A stretch of DNA of 64,000 nt from Alphaproteobacteria bacterium (lineage in GTDB: Bacteria; Pseudomonadota; Alphaproteobacteria; JAJFIK01), in contig JBHJGV010000031.1 of assembly GCA_050331455.1 (NCBI GenBank), positions 29,098 to 93,097 of the forward strand, read 5' to 3'. Positions 58,692-64,000 of the stretch are shown one piece after another. Position numbers and translations under genes: made by a program. Within the stretch, counting starts at the first letter, position 1, and every line of letters begins with the position of its first letter. A model generated the notes under the pieces. The model was given only the letters and a program-made list of their open reading frames with translations, searched no databases and had not been told where the DNA came from.

Positions 58692-59546
58692 ATGATGACG
58701 CCGATCCCCGCCGATCCTTCCCCCAGCCCGCTCGCACTCACGCCCCGCCAGCGGGCCGATTTTGCCGCGACCTTGATGGCGGCCGCCGATGCGGCGCGCG
58801 AGGCCATCCGCCCCCATTTCCGCACCACCGGTCCGGTCGAGAACAAGGCCGGTGACGGACGGTTCGATCCGGTCACCGAGGCCGACCGGGCGGCCGAACA
58901 GGCGATCCGCGCCGTGATCTCGTCCCGGCATCCGGACCACAGCATCATCGGGGAGGAATTCGGCACGGCCGGCGGCAGGGGCGATTTCACCTGGGTCATC
59001 GATCCCATCGACGGCACCCGCGCGTTCATCGCCGGCGCAGCCACTTGGGGCACCCTGATCGGCATGGGCACCGGCACGCGGCCGGTCCTGGGATTGATGG
59101 ATCAAGCCCATGTGGGTGAGCGTTTCCTGGGCCTCGCGGGGGTATCCCTGTCCCAGGGGCCGGGAGGGACCCGGGTCCTCAGCACCTCCGCCGTCACGCA
59201 GGTCGGTCAGGCCATTCTGGCCGCCACGGCGCCGGACATGTTCACGGCGGCCGAGTTTGCCGCCTTTTCCCGCCTGTCTCAAACGGCCCGGCTGACCCGA
59301 TACGGGCTCGATTGCACAGCCTATTGCCTGCTCGCCGCCGGTCATGTGGACCTGGTGGTCGAAAGCGACCTGAAGATCTACGACATCTATCCCCTGATCC
59401 CGATCATCGAGGGGGCCGGCGGCGTGGTCACGGACTGGCAGGGGGCCCGCCTGACCGGGGGCGGCCATGTCATCGCTGCGGCGACGCCGGCGCTCCATGC
59501 CGAGGCCCTGGCGATCCTGTCAGCCGTGGGAGGACGGGCCGTGTGA
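58692..59546 (+). CDS. hisN: Histidinol-phosphate phosphatase (IMPase family)
   Basis: FDPVTEADRAAE, GEEFG, WVIDPIDGTRAFIAG, IYDIYPLIPIIEGAGG. Confidence 0.85.
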   Translation: MMTPIPADPSPSPLALTPRQRADFAATLMAAADAAREAIRPHFRTTGPVENKAGDGRFDPVTEADRAAEQAIRAVISSRHPDHSIIGEEFGTAGGRGDFTWVIDPIDGTRAFIAGAATWGTLIGMGTGTRPVLGLMDQAHVGERFLGLAGVSLSQGPGGTRVLSTSAVTQVGQAILAATAPDMFTAAEFAAFSRLSQTARLTRYGLDCTAYCLLAAGHVDLVVESDLKIYDIYPLIPIIEGAGGVVTDWQGARLTGGGHVIAAATPALHAEALAILSAVGGRAV

Positions 59547-60728
59547 GATCGGGCCCGTTCGGGTCGTGTCGGCCGCGTCAAAGCCCGCATCCTCAGCGGC
59601 CGTCTGACCGTCGTCGGACACGGGCTTTGACTCGGGCTGGGGCGCCGGAGGCGAAATGGAGCCTGATGGGGCCAGCGGGTCGGTTACGGGTGCGGCGGCT
59701 GCCCCCGCGCCCACGGCACCTTCGCCTGCCAGACCTGCTGGAGCCGCCGCCTGGGACCGCGACGGGCTTGCCCCTTCGGCGACAAAGGCGTCGAAGGCTG
59801 TCCAAAACTGGGTCCGGATGGCGTCCCGTTCCTGGAGGATCTCGTGTTCCGCTTCGGCAATCGTGACGTGGCGCACGGTGGGTGCCAGCGCCGCAAAGCG
59901 GGCATGGCTGTTCCCATCGACAATTTTTTCGCCGGCCGCGCTGGCCAGCAGGATCGGGATCGAAAGGGTCTGCGCCTGCTCAAGATCCATCACCCGGTCA
60001 CAGCTCACCAGCGCCTCCCGCAACCAGCGCCAGGTGATGCCGTTCAGCCCAAGGGCCGGCTCGGCCTCCAGAAGACGGATGGTGCGGCGGAACCGGTCCG
60101 CATCGCTTGTGACCCGATTGCCCTTGAAGGCCTCCTGGCGGGGATGTTTGCCCCCGCTGCGGGAGACGAAGGCCGTGGCCCGGCCGGCCAGGATCATGCC
60201 GATGGCAATACCGCGGGTCACCAGCCCGGGAACCGGCGCGGTGCGGATGCCGGTCATGGGGGCGCACAGGACCGCGCGGGAGAAGCGCACGGGATTTTCC
60301 TGGATGAAGCGCAGGGCGATATTGCCGCCCATGGAATGGGCCATCAGGACATGCGGTGTAGGCAAATCATCGGTCAGAAGATGATCGATAATGGCCCGTG
60401 CGTCATCGACATAATCGCAGAACCGGTCCACATGGCCTTTGAGAGGATGAGTCAGCAGGCGGCTCGACAGGCCCTGTCCCCGCCAATCGAAGGTCAGCAC
60501 GGCGAACCCGCGCGCCTGAAGCTCTCCGATCACCTCGTAGTATTTTTCGATGAATTCCGTGCGCCCATGGAACAGGACAACGGTCCCGGCAGGCTCCGTG
60601 TTCGCCGGCACGGGCCAGACGGCGGTGCGAATTTCCGTCCCGTCGACCATGCGCAGGACCTGCACCCTTGCCCCCTCCGGCGCCTGCACCTGATCCGTGA
60701 CGACGAGCTTTTCACGATTGACGGCCAT
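59520..60728 (-). CDS. Alpha/beta hydrolase, lysophospholipase L2-like
   Basis: FHGRTEFIEKY, DWRGQGLS, AHSMGG, HEILQE. Confidence 0.88.
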   Translation of the reverse strand: MAVNREKLVVTDQVQAPEGARVQVLRMVDGTEIRTAVWPVPANTEPAGTVVLFHGRTEFIEKYYEVIGELQARGFAVLTFDWRGQGLSSRLLTHPLKGHVDRFCDYVDDARAIIDHLLTDDLPTPHVLMAHSMGGNIALRFIQENPVRFSRAVLCAPMTGIRTAPVPGLVTRGIAIGMILAGRATAFVSRSGGKHPRQEAFKGNRVTSDADRFRRTIRLLEAEPALGLNGITWRWLREALVSCDRVMDLEQAQTLSIPILLASAAGEKIVDGNSHARFAALAPTVRHVTIAEAEHEILQERDAIRTQFWTAFDAFVAEGASPSRSQAAAPAGLAGEGAVGAGAAAAPVTDPLAPSGSISPPAPQPESKPVSDDGQTAAEDAGFDAADTTRTGPISHGPSSHG

Positions 60729-60883
60729 CTGTGCCTCCGTCCGAATATGCCAGTGTGCGAGCGCTCCGACGCTATCCACCGGGCCGCGGCAGATCTGCGC
60801 GCCTCAACGCGCCCGTTCAAGGGGAAAAGTTAACACAGAGTCCGCCCGACGGGCCCGTTTTCGCGTCCGCCCGCTTGGGACCC

Positions 60884-63800
60884 TCAATAGTCCCAGCGCC
60901 AGCGCAGGCCCACGACACTCTCGGAGGCCTGGGACACGTCCGTATGTATAATGAGATTGCGGGTGATTTCGAGTTCCACCGTCACGGCGCTGCTGCCGGG
61001 CAAAGACCCCTGCTTCACCCCGACATAGATGTCGTCGGTGACATATTTTCCGACCGTGACGCTGACCCCCGTCTCGCCGCTCGCGCCGTCCTCCAGACCG
61101 AATTTCAGCACATCGATTCCAAGGGCGGATTTGGCCGCGCCGATGGGGTCGGGCCCACCGCCCCCGCCGGAAAGCGAGGCCACGGCCTCGCCGAGCTGCA
61201 ACAGCTCGAATGTGGTGAGTTCTGATGGATTCTTGCCGAACAGGACCTGGGCCAGGATCGCATCCTGGGGCAGCGGCGGTTCGGAGGACAGGGCGATTTC
61301 CGGCTTGGACGCCGGTCCCGTGATGGTCACGATGGCCGTCACGTCCGGCCCCTCATTGCGGGCGATGATCCGCAGACGCGGATCGACTTCGAGACCGCCG
61401 TCGAAACTGACCAGCCCCTGCTCCAGGTCGAAATTCCGGCCCAGGAGTTCCAGCTTACCCCGGCGCAGCCGGATCTGTCCCCCAAGGCGCGATGATCCGT
61501 CCGCGGCGCTGCGCAGGGTCAGGTCACCGCCCCAACGCGAGTCGAGCCCCTTGCCGACGACGGTAATGGTGTCCTTGGCCCGGACATCAATGGCGAGCCG
61601 GACGGGCAGCGGCGGCTGCGGCGCCGTGTCGGGCTGCTTCGCCCGGGTCAGGTCCTCGACCCCATGGACCTCCACCACCTCCAGATCGACAACATTGGGC
61701 GGCACCTGGTCCGGGATCGTCACATCCACATCGTCCAGGGTCACAGTGCCGGCCACATCGAACCCCTTGGTGAGATCACCGGTCACATCGATCGCACCGC
61801 TGGCCACGGCGAGGACGTCGTCCGTCGCCGTCAACCGCATTTTGCGCAAGGTGACATCGAGATCGGCGGTCACGCCATCCGGTCCGGCGAGCTTGACCGT
61901 TCCGTCCGTTGACAGACGGCCCTCGTCCGGATCGGTGGCCATGAAAGTCAGCGCCCCGGTGCCCGTCTCGAAATCGAGCACCATGTTCTCCAGCACAGTG
62001 CCGGTGGACAGGTTTTCATAGCGCCCGTCCTCCAGCCCGAGAAGGCCCGAGATCGTGGGCGTGGACACGCTTCCCCCGAGGGTCAGGTCGGCCCGGGCGA
62101 GGCCGGCGATCCGGTGCTCGTCCGTGGGCAGAAGGGGCAATAGCTTTTCAAGGCGCCCCACGGCCTCGATCCGGCCCCCGATCTGCGGATCGGCCGGCGG
62201 CTCGGGAAGCCCCTCGGCCGAAAGACCGAGGGGGAGTGTCGCGGTCACGTCGATCCGCTGCTCAGGCCCGGTGCCAAGATCAAATGTCGTCTCGAGGGTC
62301 CGGCCGTCCCAGTCGGCTCGCCAGTTGAGATCCGCACCCGACTCATCGCCGTCGCCGGTCGCGACGGCCTGGCTTTTATTCCGCTTACGGTTCTTCCGGG
62401 AGCGTACCGCCTCGACCCGGGCCGTCCTCAGGCCCCGGCCCGTGACGCGCAGTTCCGCCTTGCCTGTCTTCGGGCTCGATGTGAGGGACAGGGTCCCGTC
62501 CAGTCGGCCTTCGAAGGGCTCGAGCCCGGGCACCAGACCACTGATCCCCGCCGGCACATCCTCCATGACGAGATCGGCCGAGACTGCCTTGTTCCCCTGC
62601 CGGGCCTTGAGGATCAGGGCGCCGGCCCGGTCCCCTTTGGAGAGGGCGAAGCGAGTCTCGGGCAGCCCCAATCCGTCCTCGGACAGATTGATCTGTACGG
62701 GATCGCTGAGACGCAGGGCCATGTCGGAGCGCCGGGCTTCCAGAGAAGCCAGAGTGACACCCAGGGGAATGCCTTCTTCTTCCTTGGCCAGGGACAGGGC
62801 GGCTCCCAGATCGACCTTCAGGCCATCGCTGCCGGGCTCCTTCAGGGACGCCGAAATGGCGAGCCCGGACAGAGGGCCTTCTGCCTTCAGTGTTATGTTT
62901 TCAAGGCGCAAGGATGCTCGCTCGAGAGTCTGGAGCGTGAGGGTGGCGCTCACACCGGGCAGATCGTCGAAGGCCTGCTGGGCGGCGGACAGCCGCGCCG
63001 AGCGTATGCTGAGGGGCGGTCCGCCCGGCTGCACAACGGCCAGATTCTCCGCCTCGAATTCAAGGGACGGCTCCGCGCTCAATCTCAGGAGCGCATTGAA
63101 CGATCCGCCTGCGGGCAACGGCGTTTCTGGGCCGAGAGCCGCCTTGATCAGGGTGCCGAGCGGTGCCAGGGACTGGGTGGACAATGCGATCGCATCGCCC
63201 GAGCGGGCAATGCGCGGCGCGATCGCCGCGAGCTCTCCGTCCGCTGTGGTGATTGTCACGCCGCCCGCCCCATCGAGCAGCGCACCGAGGGTCAGCCCGT
63301 GGGTCATGGTGCCCGACGGCGTTTCACTGTTGACGGCGAGCCGGGTGTCGGCGCGCCAGCCATCCCCGTCCGGCCGCGCTGCCGCCGTCAGGGCAAGATC
63401 CGTCAGGATCAAATCGCTCAAAGCAATTCGCGGGGCGCGCACGGCCGCATCCACGGCCGGCCCGTCAAGGGGGCCAGTCACATCCGCGTCAAGGGCCAGC
63501 GACCCGGTCAAGGGCTGTCCGATCAGTTCCCCGAGAAATGTCAGCCCTGAGAGGGCCAGATCGGCGTGTCCCTTAACAAGGGCCGGGTCCTGTCCGGCGG
63601 CGGGGCGCAGGGCGCCCGTGGCATCCATGGCGAGGTGCCCGGAGCCCGTCCGCAGGGACAGGGATTTCAGGGACACCGCCGACGTGGCGAGGTCCACACT
63701 CGCCTGTCCGTCGAGCCGGGCCGAGGGGCCAATGAGCTTACCGAAGGCCGGGTTGGATGCTTTGAGCGCGCTGAGCCGGCTCTCCAGGTCCACCGAGGCC

Positions 63801-64000
63801 GTCTCCCCGGCGAGACGCGCGGTGACCGTTGTCTCGAAGCCGGCGCCGGCGATCAGGTCCGGGACCAGACGTTCGAGTGCGGAGACCGTGAGGCGCAGAC
63901 GGCCCGTGCCCTCCATCGAAGCCCAGGATCCGGAGGCCTCGCCGGTCAGCAGGGCACCATCAAGGGCTGCCCGAAACATTTCCAGGCGAACGGCCTCGGC
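60884..64000 (-). CDS. tamB: Translocation/assembly module TamB (5'-partial)
   Basis: Long beta-rich ORF ending with DUF490-like VGKYVTDDIYVGVKQG...ELEITRNL...WRWDY; extends past the right edge. Confidence 0.92.
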   Translation of the reverse strand, partial: AEAVRLEMFRAALDGALLTGEASGSWASMEGTGRLRLTVSALERLVPDLIAGAGFETTVTARLAGETASVDLESRLSALKASNPAFGKLIGPSARLDGQASVDLATSAVSLKSLSLRTGSGHLAMDATGALRPAAGQDPALVKGHADLALSGLTFLGELIGQPLTGSLALDADVTGPLDGPAVDAAVRAPRIALSDLILTDLALTAAARPDGDGWRADTRLAVNSETPSGTMTHGLTLGALLDGAGGVTITTADGELAAIAPRIARSGDAIALSTQSLAPLGTLIKAALGPETPLPAGGSFNALLRLSAEPSLEFEAENLAVVQPGGPPLSIRSARLSAAQQAFDDLPGVSATLTLQTLERASLRLENITLKAEGPLSGLAISASLKEPGSDGLKVDLGAALSLAKEEEGIPLGVTLASLEARRSDMALRLSDPVQINLSEDGLGLPETRFALSKGDRAGALILKARQGNKAVSADLVMEDVPAGISGLVPGLEPFEGRLDGTLSLTSSPKTGKAELRVTGRGLRTARVEAVRSRKNRKRNKSQAVATGDGDESGADLNWRADWDGRTLETTFDLGTGPEQRIDVTATLPLGLSAEGLPEPPADPQIGGRIEAVGRLEKLLPLLPTDEHRIAGLARADLTLGGSVSTPTISGLLGLEDGRYENLSTGTVLENMVLDFETGTGALTFMATDPDEGRLSTDGTVKLAGPDGVTADLDVTLRKMRLTATDDVLAVASGAIDVTGDLTKGFDVAGTVTLDDVDVTIPDQVPPNVVDLEVVEVHGVEDLTRAKQPDTAPQPPLPVRLAIDVRAKDTITVVGKGLDSRWGGDLTLRSAADGSSRLGGQIRLRRGKLELLGRNFDLEQGLVSFDGGLEVDPRLRIIARNEGPDVTAIVTITGPASKPEIALSSEPPLPQDAILAQVLFGKNPSELTTFELLQLGEAVASLSGGGGGPDPIGAAKSALGIDVLKFGLEDGASGETGVSVTVGKYVTDDIYVGVKQGSLPGSSAVTVELEITRNLIIHTDVSQASESVVGLRWRWDY

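Noticed and set aside
1043-60833. Many long antisense or alternate-frame ORFs (e.g. 1788..2966, 8072..9700, 9714..11051, 25694..27955, 43247..45058, 47488..49047, 54262..55782)
   Set aside because: Shadow ORFs of well-supported genes in high-GC DNA; no recognisable motifs.
62360-62410. Basic patch RSRKNRKRNK in TamB
   Set aside because: Probably a variable loop insertion; no basis for a function.
1-64000. tRNA, rRNA, prophage, integrase
   Set aside because: No cloverleaf, rRNA signature, phage structural gene or recombinase motif recognised by eye; tRNAscan and cmscan were not run.

Overview
High-GC alphaproteobacterial chromosomal segment, assigned from DivL with Tyr at the H-box, the trkH-dat-hfq-hflX block near mazG, and uvrC next to an SDR, folB and a Ca/Na antiporter. 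Core genes are thyA-folA, divL, uvrC, folB, gabD, liuC/liuD-like, an M16 protease, mazG, hflX, hfq, dat, trkH, a Pat-type acetyltransferase, typA, hisN and tamB, with accessory insertions between them. I recognised no rRNA, tRNA, CRISPR array, integrase or transposase. The most unusual items are: (1) a TIR-2TM-TIR membrane protein sitting, with a haloacid-dehalogenase remnant, between liuC and liuD; (2) a stand-alone A-T-TE NRPS-like enzyme with an altered adenylation core (RTNF for RTGD), convergent with a sulfotransferase; (3) two RTX-type secreted proteins built from unrecognised His-containing repeat modules; (4) a 301-bp tandem duplication of the lysR 3' end carrying a GTAG-type REPIN; (5) non-coding arrays, namely 12-bp-phased DnaA-like boxes before uvrC, 3x23-bp repeats and TAAAGGA motifs before mazG, and a possible structured leader before a glyoxalase-superfamily gene; (6) a pterin cluster whose PTPS has Asn instead of the catalytic Cys. 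All family assignments come from reading motifs by eye. No database searches were run.
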